A DNA stretch of 63,798 nucleotides, filler included, from Nemertoderma westbladi (taxonomy: Eukaryota; Animalia; Xenacoelomorpha): the NCBI GenBank assembly GCA_032718475.1. It is 4 parts of 4 records of this genome, joined end to end, with 100 filler letters (N's around TTAATTAATTAA, not from the genome) between each part and the next. Parts side by side here need not be neighbours in the genome. Positions count along the whole stretch, not along the records: positions 33,533 to 60,346 come from JAUCBJ010003363.1; 3 more parts are not named here. One strand, 5' to 3'. The position numbers and the translations under genes were made by a program. Under the pieces are notes generated by a model, which was not told the origin of the DNA, did not search any database, and worked only from the letters and a program-made list of their open reading frames with translations. Positions 33,533-46,516 of the stretch are shown here, piece after piece. Within the stretch, counting starts at the first letter, position 1. The number at the start of each line of letters is the position of its first letter.

Positions 33533-35889
33533 TTTTTTTAAATGTTCTAGACCATATTGTCTATTCATTTTTTTATTAATTTTGTTCTTGAACAAATATT
33601 TTTGTTCTAGAACATTAAAAAATGATATTAACAAAATAGCTAGTTTTTTTGTTTGTTTGATCTAGAACAAATAATAATTGCTCTAGAACAAAATTTATAT
33701 ATTAAATGAATAGATTATATGTTCTAGAACATTTTTAAAAACAAAGTAACAAAAACTAGCTCGTATAACAAAAATTGAGGAGGTTGTGCACAAAACACAG
33801 TAGTACCGATTGCACATCTAAGTCCACCCATATCAGCTGTAACGCGCCACATTGTTTAATTAGAACTACCGACAAATAGGACTTGGATAATGCAAAGATT
33901 ATTGAATGTCACACAGAACGTGAATTCAAGTTCTATACTATGAAAGCTAAAAATATAGTTTTTTCAGAATGCATTTAGTTATGTAGAGTAGAATACAAAA
34001 CATTTCTTAACGGAACCTTAAAGGTGCCTACTGGTGGATGGTGTAAAATACCTTAACGGAGAGTCCTCCATTAGTGTAACGGAGCTTCGAGTCGCTGGCT
34101 TCCGTTAGTTAAAGCCGCCGTTAATTTAACGGAGGCTTCGTGTCGCTCATAATTTTAGTTTACGGCGCCGTTAGCACTAACGGAGCTTCTTGTCGCCCGC
34201 CCCAAAGACATGGTGTATAATGGTCACAAACCAAGACCTTGAATTCTACTGTATAGGGTTGTAGCTACAAAAATATACCAAAAATAGCTAGCTAGTAAAA
34301 TATAAAAAATTTCCAATATTTTACTTTGGAAATTTAATTGAAAATGTTTTAAGTTTTAAATTTTGTATTATTATTTTTAAGTTGTTCTATAACTAAAGTT
34401 AGACTAACCCACTTACAAACTACTTACTTACTCGAACTCTAGTTCTAGAACGCCTTGGATTTACGATATTATGGGATGGTAGAGCTAGCTAAAATTAAGT
34501 TAGTTCATAAAATATAATACAGTAGCTACTAACAGGTGGTCAAATGAAACAAAATACAAAACTTTTTTATTTGAGCTTTATGTAGACGAGCTCGGGTGGA
34601 GGCTTCTTCATAAAAAATCGCAGTTTAATGATTTACTCGAACTAACAAGTCGCGAATATCCTATAAACGGCTACATCCTTAATGGAGGTCCCCTTAATTG
34701 TAATACATAAATTCTGTATTTGGCCATTAATTGGTGTCTATATATTTCATTTCTTTTGAATACGTTTGGTGGGACTTATTTCTATCGATAGCTTGCCTGT
34801 GTCTACAGTCTACTACGGTGCCCCAAAGGTGCCACAGTACAACTTCTTTCGACAACAAACTTTATGTTCGCTTTTGATATTGCTAATAGGCCTGCTAATA
34901 TTGACTTAGACATGGCAGGATGTCAAAGTGTCATTTTCAAATAGACATTCGGACATGTCTCAATGTCATTTTAAATTGATATTTGGTCATTTTGACATGT
35001 CAGAATGTTAAAATGTGATCTCCAAAATTATCATGCCAATTTTGATACCAATTTGGAGGGAATTCCATAACAATTAAATTTATGGTGCTTTTAACATTCA
35101 GACATGTCTAAATGTCATATTGATTTGCTTTATCAATTACGCGGAAAAACAAAGATTAGGCTTACTCTCGAAAAAAGTACGGTGGGTGTAAATAATTAAT
35201 ATTTAAATATTAAATAATTATGGCCACGATTATAAATTTTAATGCGCCTTATTTAATTTTCAACTTATACACTAATACAAAATGCAAGCAACCACAACTA
35301 ATAAACGTCCAATTATAATATATAGGCCGAGTATTTGATAAACAGTATCATAACCATTAGCCAATGGCATTCAAGCGTTCAGGGTGTTAGTTATTGTTCA
35401 TAATCCGATAGGACGATTAAGGATTTAATTGATCTGCCATTGCTATAATGATATAAATTACCTGGCTACGGAATGGCGAGTTCATTCAATGCCTTAGACG
35501 GATCAAAACATCAATTATTTTTATCAGATACTCCTATACAACATACAGCAGCCTATTTGAATAATAATGAATATATTATATCTATGCCTGGGGGGGGGGG
35601 GGGGGATTGAAACTTGGCAGTTTGTGATTATGGTTTTAGTTGATCCTCAGTAGGTATATTATTATGTATAAACTTTATGAGACGTGTGAGTTTATGGATC
35701 GGATGAGAATGCTTTTATGAAACGTGTGACACTAACAGACCACCACGAACCAGTTAAGCATATAATAAATAAAAATTGTACTAATAAAAATTTCTTAATT
35801 TTGCGATAAGTGACTTTGGTGGCTTTAAATAAAATATAATATCGACATAATAACTATAACTTTATAGTGTTACGGCACGGTCAATCGAC

Positions 35890-36160
35890 AGCGAGGGAAA
35901 TAACAAAACTAGGGCCGTAAAAGCTTTAATGAGCTAATTATGAACAACGGCGAATCTAATTTTATATATTTGTGGCAAATTATTTTTAGTTATGCACTTA
36001 AACTTTCTAGAACAACCTAATAATGACGACGTGACATGTTGGATATACTGGAAATACATAGTAAAATGTATGGCGTAGGGACATAGTGAGAAATAATGTC
36101 GCACTGTGATGTAAAGCTGGAAAATATGTCGCCCTGGCGATTTGGTAGTGCGAAATTAAT
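35890..36160. repeat. Dispersed repeat (inverted copy at about 51220-51420)
   Basis: Diverged inverted match, e.g. TAGTTATGCACTTAAACTTTCTAGAACAACC vs GGTTGTTCTAGAAAGTTTGAGTGCATAACTA. Confidence 0.65.
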
Positions 36161-37028
36161 TTCATACAAATAAATAAAATAACGTTTAAATTTTCGTATT
36201 TCCAAGTCGAAATATATAAATAACACTTTATTAGACGCTGAGATTTTAAAATTCATCGCTCTATAATCCTATAAAGTGGTTGATTATAAGACTTTAAGTA
36301 AATAGTTAGAACTATAAGTTTTGGAGGTAACCGAAACCCTATTTATTCTCATTACTCTACCGGAACCCTTTGTAAGCCGCTTGTCGGTCTATATTCTATA
36401 AAAAAGTTAGGTCCACATATCTTTAGACTGGGTATATCGGAAGTTACCCCTAAACGCGATACGCGATCAAAACACGATAATCTTGGAATGTTACGTTCTA
36501 GATCGAATCGAGATCGAGATAAAACAGCGATCCGGATCTTCCAGTATCATTTTGTATACTAGATCGGACGCACGGCCACATGGATCCATGACAACTCCCT
36601 GGGTCTGTCTGTCTGTCTGTGTAACTGGGTGTTTAGTGAAGGTTTAGGCCTCTGGTAACTAAACATGTTAACAATCCTGCTCGATCTAGTTATGGCCCAT
36701 TCAAAATAATTCATACAAATTATTATCTACTAGCGAATTACCTACTGGTATTTATTGTGCGCCTTTGAACAATGATGCCATGACCAAAACGATGGCATGC
36801 CAATAAAAACCGCACAATAAATATTAAATAAGTAAATACAATTTTAAACAACCAACGGCGCAACGGAGATTAATAAAATATAGTTAACAGAACCATCAGT
36901 ACATTATTGCATAGGAGTTATTATTGCAATTCCCGTAAATTTAACAAGATGAGTCTAAAATGATATATACGGTAATGTTGCCCAAGAGCTAGAAGTGGAT
37001 GTTGAAGACGTTTAGTGAATGTATTCAT

Positions 37029-37805
37029 TCATGGGTCGTCAATCTTTGGGGCCAAATAGAAACGAATTGACCCCATATCTTCGATCTTATACTCGACCAC
37101 CAAAGGGATATCTTTACTCATAGATATGGAGACGGATGGAGACAGCGGAGTCGCCTTGGTGAAGTTGTTGAGAAAACGGACGGCGAAGTTAAGACGAACT
37201 GGTTCCTCCATCTGTATAGTAACTTGGTCTTCCTCTTTATCTATGTTAGTGTTCTGCATTATGTTAATCTTGCCGGAACCCAGATCACCCTCGGCTGCGA
37301 ACTGTACCGACTCTTTGGTGCAGGTAATGGTGACTGAATCGCCGATCTGTGCGAGATCTCGGCAAATACGAGCGAACTCTGCCGACGGCATCCTAATAGT
37401 GGCGCTGTAGTCCGTAGTTGGGATACCCAAGTGTTCCGTGTCAAGGTCCATCAACTTTATCTCATACTGACTGATCTTGTCTTGTTTTTTGGACTCGAAG
37501 GTGAAGTTAACCAAGTCGCTGTTCTCCTCGCATTGAATCAGGAGGGAGTCGTCGTTACCTCCGCATTTTAGAATCTTCGCTAAATTGGTTAAGTTGATAC
37601 CGAGAGCGAGGTTCCGATCGCATCGGTAGGGATCGAAGCCCTCCGCCCGCATGCTGACTGCTACTAAGGACACGTGGCTGCTGTCCATAGACTGAAGAGA
37701 GACACCCGCCGCCGAACAATCAAACTTTCCATCCGTAACTAAATCCTTTATGGAATCGATTACCTTTTTAAAGGTTGATGCGTTTGCTAACTGTGCCTCG
37801 AACAT
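37029..37805 (-). CDS. PCNA: Proliferating cell nuclear antigen, 258 aa, intronless CDS
   Basis: MFEAQL...LQSMDSSHVSLV...YRCDRNLALG...KLMDLDTEHLGIP...MPSAEFARICRDL...TKATPLS...FYLAPKI; ATG at 37805; K164-equivalent retained. Confidence 0.98.
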   Translation of the reverse strand: MFEAQLANASTFKKVIDSIKDLVTDGKFDCSAAGVSLQSMDSSHVSLVAVSMRAEGFDPYRCDRNLALGINLTNLAKILKCGGNDDSLLIQCEENSDLVNFTFESKKQDKISQYEIKLMDLDTEHLGIPTTDYSATIRMPSAEFARICRDLAQIGDSVTITCTKESVQFAAEGDLGSGKINIMQNTNIDKEEDQVTIQMEEPVRLNFAVRFLNNFTKATPLSPSVSISMSKDIPLVVEYKIEDMGSIRFYLAPKIDDP

Positions 37806-38730
37806 TTTCACAGAAGTTCAATACAGCAATAAACAAGCTGAGATATACTGATACAGTGATATAACAGTGGGAACAAGTGAAAACGTACCCTGGTTAAACG
37901 AAAACGTACCGCAATATTGGGTACCGGTACGTTTCCACTACTTGGTAGTTAAAACGTACCTGCTCATCTCCCTCAATTGGCATGGGTGATTGGTAAAGTG
38001 ATCATTTATTGTTTTTAGGTCAGTAGGTTTTGGTTAGAAAACACCGCCATTGTAACCTGTAACCTCCTCCTTCCCCTTAATGTTTTTAATTAAATTTAAT
38101 TTAAAATATTTAATAAAAAATTTCAAAAATAATCGAATTCGACCACATCCACCGCATACGTGCGTTTTATTGGAAACTCTGGTTTGGAATCAGTAAATAC
38201 GCATCGTCGACCGCAATCCTTTCCAGTATTGACCACCCCGACTCCTCAGCTATTAACGCGGTCAATCTAACTGGTTATAGACGTCGGGTAGCCGGTCAGC
38301 TGGTAGCCAACGGTTACCATCATAAACTATGTGCCACTCGGAACTGTTGGCGGCCAATCGAGGAGTGTCGCTGTTTATTGTGTGGCCAATCAGAAATCAG
38401 CTCGGAGCACTATACAATGTGCCCGGGTATCCCCGGGCCTCCGTACAGGGATGTTTCTTGCGGGCCTTACCCTAAACCAATGACCCCCCCCCCCACACAA
38501 CCAAACAAAACTTTTTAATAGCACAATATTTTATATATTATTTTATTTATTTGTAAAACTTTTAATAACCATGTTGTTCATTTTACTCCATATGTTTGGA
38601 ATTAAATACATACAATTTGCATTTGCATTTGCAATTTAATTTAATTAATTTTTAAAACCCTTTGAACACCTAGTTTATGTTTGCGGTCAATTTGTGCCAT
38701 TGACTCTAAAACGTACCCACGCCGCCAGAC

Positions 38731-39177
38731 TGGAATCCATACACTTTGCGCCGGATTAATCCGGCGCGCTTTACAATAAAAGCGCGCCAATGTGGCGCGT
38801 TCGAAAATCGTAAAGCGCGCCGGCTTTGGCGCGTGGCGCTCCCAAAAATAAAAACCGGCGCCGATTTGTTGGTTTAACAATTCTCCAATTACGGAAGTGC
38901 CTTAAAAATTGCATTAGCTGTTTAAATATTTCGGCTCGCTTCGCTCGCCCTTTTTTCTGTTGTATGGTTACTGCTGTACAGGGACAGGTACATGGCAGAC
39001 TGGTTACACTCCTTCAAAATTGAAATTGCATTGGCGCGGCGTTCTTCAAAGTTGTTTCAATGTGCGGCGCGCTTACAAATTTCATTGGCGCGGGGTTTGC
39101 TTCGAAATTGCATCGGCGCGCGGCGTGCATAAAAATTGGTTGGCGCGCTATCCGGCGCACTTTTTGGATGGATTCCA
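38731..39177. mobile_element. GC-rich MITE with GGCGCG repeats
   Basis: TGGAATCCAT...TGCGCCGGA / TCCGGCGCA...ATGGATTCCA inverted ends; no TSD resolved. Confidence 0.6.
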
Positions 39178-39567
39178 TACCCTTCGCCCGCGTCCAATCT
39201 TCGCCCACGTAGCCACGTACAACCTTCGCCCGCAAGGCCATCTTCGTCCGTGAGCAACCTTAAGATTAGTAACACTTTAGTAACAAATTGAGTGAAAGGA
39301 GCAGGTTGCAGTACAGTCAGCAACGGCTTTTTCTAACCAAAACAATAAACGATGGTGTTATTAATTGAGGGAAAGGAGCAGGTTACATAGACGCCAGCCT
39401 GGAAAAAGTCACCCAGGCGCGCACAACGCCCGCGCACTTCATTGCCAACCGCGCATTCCCATATAGAAAAATCGCGCACCCCAAGAATCTTAACCGCGCA
39501 CCCCAAAAATCTCAACCGCGCACCCAAAAAAGTCAACCGCGCACCCCCAGACCCCGAAAATAAAAGG

Positions 39568-42500
39568 TCCACGAAGCTAAGGAAAATCAACTACTTTCGC
39601 TAAGAAAGATTTTCCTTAGCTGAGATGGTCTATTCATAGTGGGCTATTTTACTTGTATGGAGCAGATTTGGTTTTTTTTGGTCGGGGAAAAAACTTGCCT
39701 TTAAAAGTACCCTGAAATTTTGCATGTATATACTACTCGTCGAGGCGCATCTTTTGGGCCGGGTCTCATATCCAGGAAAAATCTGGTTTCCATGGCAACG
39801 GACTTAGAAAAAAGTCTATGTATTTCAAGTCAATATTTGTAACTCTATTTGTAGGAAAACTATAATACATATAAACTTGGGGTTTCTCAACACAACTATA
39901 AGGTCCATAGCAGAGCCGATTGAGGTTAAATAGAAAATCCAGTTACCTTGGCAACCGGGCTAAACAGATGTTAAAATTTATAAAATGTTAATTTGAGGCC
40001 TAAGGGCAAGGTGTGATGACTTGGGACCAATCCCTACCCCCACTATATAACTTATTCTGCGTCCGAATTTGATTGTTCTATTTTGCAGTTACCTTGACAA
40101 CCGCTGAAAACAGATGTTTTTATACGAAAATTATTCATTTGTACATAGACTTCACGATAAAATTTTACGAAACTAGGTATGTGTTATCTGGACCACTAGT
40201 TGGAACTTTTAGTGAAACTCAAAACATTCCAGAAATATCTAGTTACCATGGTAACTGTAGTTTTTTTAAAGTTATATATCATTCAAGTCTATAATCATAA
40301 CTCTATTTGGAGAAAAACTGTAATATATATAAACTTGGGGTTTTAAACTCATCTATAAGGTCCATATACAAGCCGTTCGAAGTTAATTAGAAAATCCATT
40401 TACCATAGCAACAAGAGTAAACATATGTTAAAATTAATAAAATGATAATTTGAAGCACAATTTAATAGTATTATGACTTGGGACCAACACCTACCCCCAC
40501 TATATGACTTATTCTGCATCCGAATTACATTGTTCTATTTTTCAGTTTCCATGACAACCACTGCAAACAGATGCATTTTGATAGAAAATCTGTAATTTGG
40601 ACATAAACTACAATATTTTCTGAAACTCGATGTGTTATCTGAAAAACAATCTGGACTGAATCTTTTTTCAAAGGTAAAACCAACAGTTCCAGAGAACTCT
40701 AGTTTCCATGGGAATAGAAGTTATTTATTGGCAAATGCTACTAAACTAGGCTAAGCAACGAACCAAATTGTGGCCGTTTGTTTAATTTTCCTTAGCTTCG
40801 TGGTTGCATTTCCTTTAGGAAATGCCTTTCTAGTAATAGTTAATGATTAGAAAAAATTAAATCAAGAAGTAGGTAATTAAACTAAGTTGTTAGGCGCATC
40901 CGCATATACTGTACATGTACAGTTCACGTACGTACTATTATTTTACTGTATTATTATCCACGAAGCTAAGGAAAATCAACTACTTTCGCTAAGAAAGATT
41001 TTCCTTAGCTGAGATGGTGTATTCATAGTGGGCTATTTTACTTGTATGGGGCAGATTTGGGGTTTTTTGGTCGGGGAAAAAACTAGCCTTTAAAAGTACC
41101 CTGAAATTTTGCATGTATATACAACTCATCAAGGCGCGTCGTGTGGGATGGGTCTCATCTCCAGGAAAAATCTGGTTTCCATGGCAACGGACTTAGAAAA
41201 AAGTCTATGTATTTCAAGTCAATATTTGTAACTCTATTTGTAGGAAAACTATAATACATATAAACTAGGGGTTTCTCAACACAACTATAAGGTCCATAGC
41301 AGAGCCGATTGAGGTTAAATAGAAAATCCAGTTACCTTGGCAACCGGGCTAAACAGATGTTAAAATTTTTAAAATGTTAATTTGAAGCCTAAGGTTAAGG
41401 TTTGATGACTTGGGACCAATCCCTACCCCCACTATATAACTTATTCTGCGTCCGAATTTGATTGTTCTATTTTGCAGTTACCTTGACAACCGCTGAAAAC
41501 AGATGTTTTTATACGAAAATTATTCATTTGTACATAGACTTCACGATAAAATTTTACGAAACTAGGTATGTGTTATCTGGACCACTAGTTGGAACTTTTA
41601 GTGAAACTCAAAACATTCCAGAAATATCTAGTTACCATGGTAACTGTAGTTTTTTTAAAGTTATATATCATTCAAGTCTATAATCATAACTCTATTTGGA
41701 GAAAAACTGTAATATATATAAACTTGGGGTTTTGCAACTCATCTATAAGGTCCATATCCATATACAAGCCGTTCGAAGTTAATTAGAAAATCTATTTACC
41801 ATAGCAACAAGAGTAAACAGATGTTAAAATTAATAAAATGATAATTTGAAGCACAATTTAATAGTATTATGACTTGGGACCAACACCTACCCCCACTATA
41901 TGACTTATTCTGCATCCGAATTACATTGTTCTATTTTTCAGTTTCCATGACAACCACTGCAAACAGATGCATTTTGATAGAAAATCTGTAATTTGGACAT
42001 AAACTACAATATTTTCTGAAACTCGATGTGTTATCTGAAAAACAATCTGGACTGAATCTTTTTTCAAAGGTAAAACCAACAGTTCCAGAGAACTCTAGTT
42101 TCCATGGGAATAGAAGTTATTTATTGGCAAATGCTACTAAACTAGGCTAAGCAACGAACCAAATTGTGGCCGTTTGTTTAATTTTCCTTAGCTTCGTGGT
42201 TGCATTTCCTTTAGGAAATGCCTTTCTAGTAGTTATCCACGAAGCTAAGGAAAATTACTGTAGATCCACGAAGTTAAGGAAAATCAACTACTTTCGCTAA
42301 GAAAGATTTTCCTTAGCTGAGATGGTCTATTCATAGTGGGCTATTTTACTTGTGTGAGGCAGATTTAGTGTTTTTTGACCGGTGAAAAAACTAGCCTTTA
42401 AAAGTACCCTGAAATTTTGCATGTATATACTACTCATCAAGGCGCGTCGTGTGGGATGGGTCTCATATCCAGGAAAAATCTGGTTTCCATGGCAACGGAC

Positions 42501-45500
42501 TTAGAAAAAAGTCTATGTATTTCAAGTCAATATTTATAACTCTATTTGTAGGAAAACTATAATAGATATAAACTTGGGGTTTCTCAACTCAACTATAAGG
42601 TCCGCAGCAGAGCCGATTGAGGTTAAATAGAAAATCCAGTTACCTTGGCAACCGGGCTAAACAGATGTTAAAATTTATAAAATGTTAATTTGAAGCCTAA
42701 GGTTAAGGTGTTATGACTTGGGACCAACCCCTACCCCCACTATATAACTTATTCTGCATCCGAATTACGTTGTTCTATTTTTCAGTTACCATGACAACCG
42801 CTGGAAACAGATGTTTTTATTCAAAACTTATTCATATGGACATAGACTTCACGATAAAATTTTACAAAACTGGGTATGTGTTATCTGGACCACTAGTTTG
42901 AACTTTTAGTGAAACTTAAATTATTCCAGAAATTTAGTTACCATGGTAACTGTAGTTTATTAAACTCTATATCATTCAAATCTATATTGATAACTCTATT
43001 TGTAGCAAAACTGTAATATATATAAACTTGGGGTTTTGCAACTCATCTATAAGATCCATATCCAAGCCGTTTGAGGTTAATTAGAAAATACAGTTACCAT
43101 AGCAACAAGTCTAAACAGATGTTAAAATTTATAAAATGATAATTTGAAGCACAAGATAATAGTACTGTATTATGACTTGGGACTAACCCCTACCCCCACT
43201 ATATGACTTATTCTGCATCCAAATTACATTGTTCTATTTTTAAGTTTCCATGACAACCACTGCAAACAGATGCATTTTGATAGAAAATCGGTAATTTGGA
43301 CATAAACTACAATATTTTCTGAAACTCAGTACATGTGTTATCTGAACCACAATCTGTACTGAATTTTTTTTCAAAGGTTAAAGCAACAGTTCCAGCGAAC
43401 TCTACTTTCCATGGGAATAGAAGTTAATTATTGACAATTGCTACTAAACGAGGCTAAGCAAGCAACGAACCAAAGTGTGGCCGTTTGTTTAATTTTCCTT
43501 AGCTTCGTGGTTGCATTTCCTTTAGGAAATGCCTTTCTCGTACAGTAAGATCCACGAAGCTAAGGAAAATCAACTACTTTCGCTAAGAAAGATTTTCCTT
43601 AGCTGAGATGGTCTATTCATAGTGGGCTATTTTACTTGTGTGAGGCAGATTTGGTTTTTTTTGACCCCCGGCAAATCTAGCCTTTAAAAGTACCCTGAAA
43701 ATTTGCATGTATATACTACTCGTCGAGGCGCATCTTTTGGACTGGGTCTCATATCCAGGAAAAATCTGGTTTCCATGGCAACGGACTTCAAAAAAAGTCT
43801 ATGTATTTCAAGTCAATATTTATAACTCTGTTTGTAGGAAAACTATAATAGATATAAACTTGGGGTTTCTCAACTCAACTATAAGGTCCATAGCAGAGCC
43901 GATTGAGGTTCAATAGAAAATCCAGTTGCCTTGGCAACCGGGCTAAACAGATGTTAAAATTTATAAAATGTTAATTTGAAGCCTAAGGTTAAGGTGTTAT
44001 GACTTGGGACCAACCCCTACCCCCACTATATAAATTATTCTGCGTCCGAATTTCATTGTTTTATTTTGCAGTTACCATGACAACCGCTGAAAAACAGATG
44101 TTTTTATGCAAAAATTACTCATTTGGACATAGACTTCATGATAAAATTTTATGAAACTGGGTATGTGTTATCTGGACCACTAGTTGGGACTTTTGGTGAA
44201 ACTGAAAACATTCCAGAAATAACTAGTTACCATGGTGACTGGAGTTTATTAAAGTCTATATCATTCAAGTCTAAATTCAATACTCTATTTGTAGCAAAAT
44301 AATGTAATATATATAAATTTGGTATTTTGCATCTCATCTATAAGGTCCATATACATAATACAATCCATTCGAGATTAATTACACAATCCAGTCACCATAG
44401 CAACAAGACTAAACAGATGTTAAAATTTATAAAATGATAATTTGAAGCACAAGTTAATAGTATTATGACTTGGGACCAAGACCTACCCCCATTATATGAC
44501 TTATTCTGCATCCGAATTACATTGTTCTATTTTTCAGTTTCCATGACAACCACTGCAAACAGTTGCATTTTAATAGAAAATCGGTAATTTGGACATAAAC
44601 TACAATATTTTCTGAAACTCGGAAAGTGTTATCTGAACCACAATCTTTACTGAATCTTTTTTCAAAGGTAAAACCAACAGTTCTAGAGAACTCTAGTTTC
44701 CATGGGAATATAAGTTATTTATTGGCAAATGCTACTAAACTAGGCTAAGCAACAAACCAAATTGTGGCCCTTTGTTTAATTTTCCTTAGCTTCGTGGTTG
44801 CATTTCCTTTAGGAAATGCCTTTCTAGTACAGTAAGAGTCCACGAAGCTAAGGAAAATCAACTACTTTCGCTAAGAAAGATTTTCCTTAGCTGAGATGGT
44901 CTATTCATAGTGGGCTATTTTACTTGTGTGAGGCAGATTAGTTTTTTTTTGACTCCAGAAAAAACTATCCTTTAAAAGTACCCTGAAATTTTGCATGTAT
45001 ATACTAATCGTCGAGGCGCATCTTTTGGGCTGGGTCTCATATCCAGGAAAAATCTGGTTTCCATGGCAACGGACTTAGAAGAAAGTCTATGTATTTCAAG
45101 TCAATATTTATAACTCTATTTGCAGGAAAACTATAATACATACTGTATATACTTGGGGTTTCTCGAACTCAACTATAAGGTCCATAGCAGAGCCGATTGA
45201 GGTTCAATAGAAAATCCAGTTGCCTTGGCAACCGGGCTAGACAGATGTTAAAATTTACAAATTGTTAATTTGAAGCCTAAGGAGAAGGTGTTATGTCTTG
45301 GGACCAACCCCTACCCCCACTATATGACTTATTCTGCGTCCGAATTTCATTGTATAATTTTGCAGTTACCATGACAACCGCTGAAAACAGATGTTTTTAT
45401 ACAAAAATAACTCATTTGGACATAGACTTCGCGATAAAATTTTACGAAACTGGATATGTGTTATCTGGACCACTAGTTGGAACTTTTAGTGAAACTCAAA

Positions 45501-46175
45501 ACATTCCAGAAATATCTAGTTACCATGGTAACTGTAGTTTATTAATATATAATATTAATATTATAATAATATAATATTATAATATATAATATATATTAAT
45601 ATTAATATATTTATATCATTCAAATCTATATTGATAACTATATTTGTAGCAAAACTGTAATATATATAAACTTGGGGTTTTGCAACTCATCTATAAGATC
45701 CATATCCAAGCCGTTTGAGGTTAATTAGAAAATACAGTTACCATAGCAACAAGTCTAAACAGATGTTAAAATTTATAAAATGATAATTTGAAGCACAAGT
45801 TAATAGTATTATGACTTGGGACTAACCCCTACCCCCACTATATGACTTATTCTGCATCCGAATTACATTGTTCTATTTTTCAGTTTCCATGATAACCACT
45901 GCAAACAGATGCATTTTGATAGAAAATCGGTAATTTGGACATAAACTACAATATTTTCTGAAACTCAGTATATGTGTTATCTGAACCACAATCTGTACTG
46001 AATTTTTTTTCAAAGGTTAAAGCAACAGTTCCAGAGAACTCTAGTTTCCATGGGAATAGAAGTTAATTATTGACAATTGCTACTAAACGAGGCTAAGCAA
46101 CGAACCAAAGTGTGGCCGTTTGTTTAATTTTCCTTAGCTTCGTGGTTGCATTTCCTTTAGGAAATGCCTTTCTCG
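39568..46175 (+). mobile_element. Five tandem about 1.3-kb non-autonomous Helitron/Helentron-like units
   Basis: Units 39568-40833, 40957-42229, 42265-43540, 43551-44827, 44839-46175, plus a stub at 42236; 5' TC, subterminal inverted copy of the 5' end, 3' hairpin GCATTTCCTTTAGGAAATGC, CTAG/CTCG end followed by T, no TSD. Confidence 0.85.
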
Positions 46176-46177
46176 TA

Positions 46178-46516
46178 TTAAAAAAGAATATTAGAGAATT
46201 TCAAAACATAGAAATTTCGGCCGAAATATTTTTTTACATTTGTTCAGCTCTTTCATTTGATGTCATTTTCGGCCGAAATCTCGACCGAAATTTCGGCCGA
46301 AATCTCGACCGAAATTTCGGCCGAAAATGTCATCAAATGGAAGAGCTGAAAATGTAATAAAATATTTCGGTCGACAAATGAAAGAGCTGAAAAAATGTAA
46401 TAAAATATTTCGGCCGAAAATGACATCAAATGAAAGAGCTGAAAAAATGTAACAAAATATTTCGGCCGAAATTTCGGCCGAAAATATGTTTTGAAATTCT
46501 CTAATATTCTTTTTAA
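46178..46516. mobile_element. Palindromic MITE flanked by TTAA
   Basis: AAAGAATATTAGAGAATTTCAAAACATA TIRs; internal TTTCGGCCGAAA repeats. Confidence 0.75.

Noticed and set aside
759-37805. CUL4 and PCNA as a functional cluster (CRL4-Cdt2 pathway)
   Set aside because: They are on different contigs separated by artificial spacers, so linkage is unsupported.
37029-37805. Viral or archaeal PCNA
   Set aside because: The sequence is typically animal-like and no viral hallmark genes are nearby.
40073-45574. Repeated 62-93-aa ORFs
   Set aside because: Chance frames in a non-coding repeat unit with no recognisable domains.
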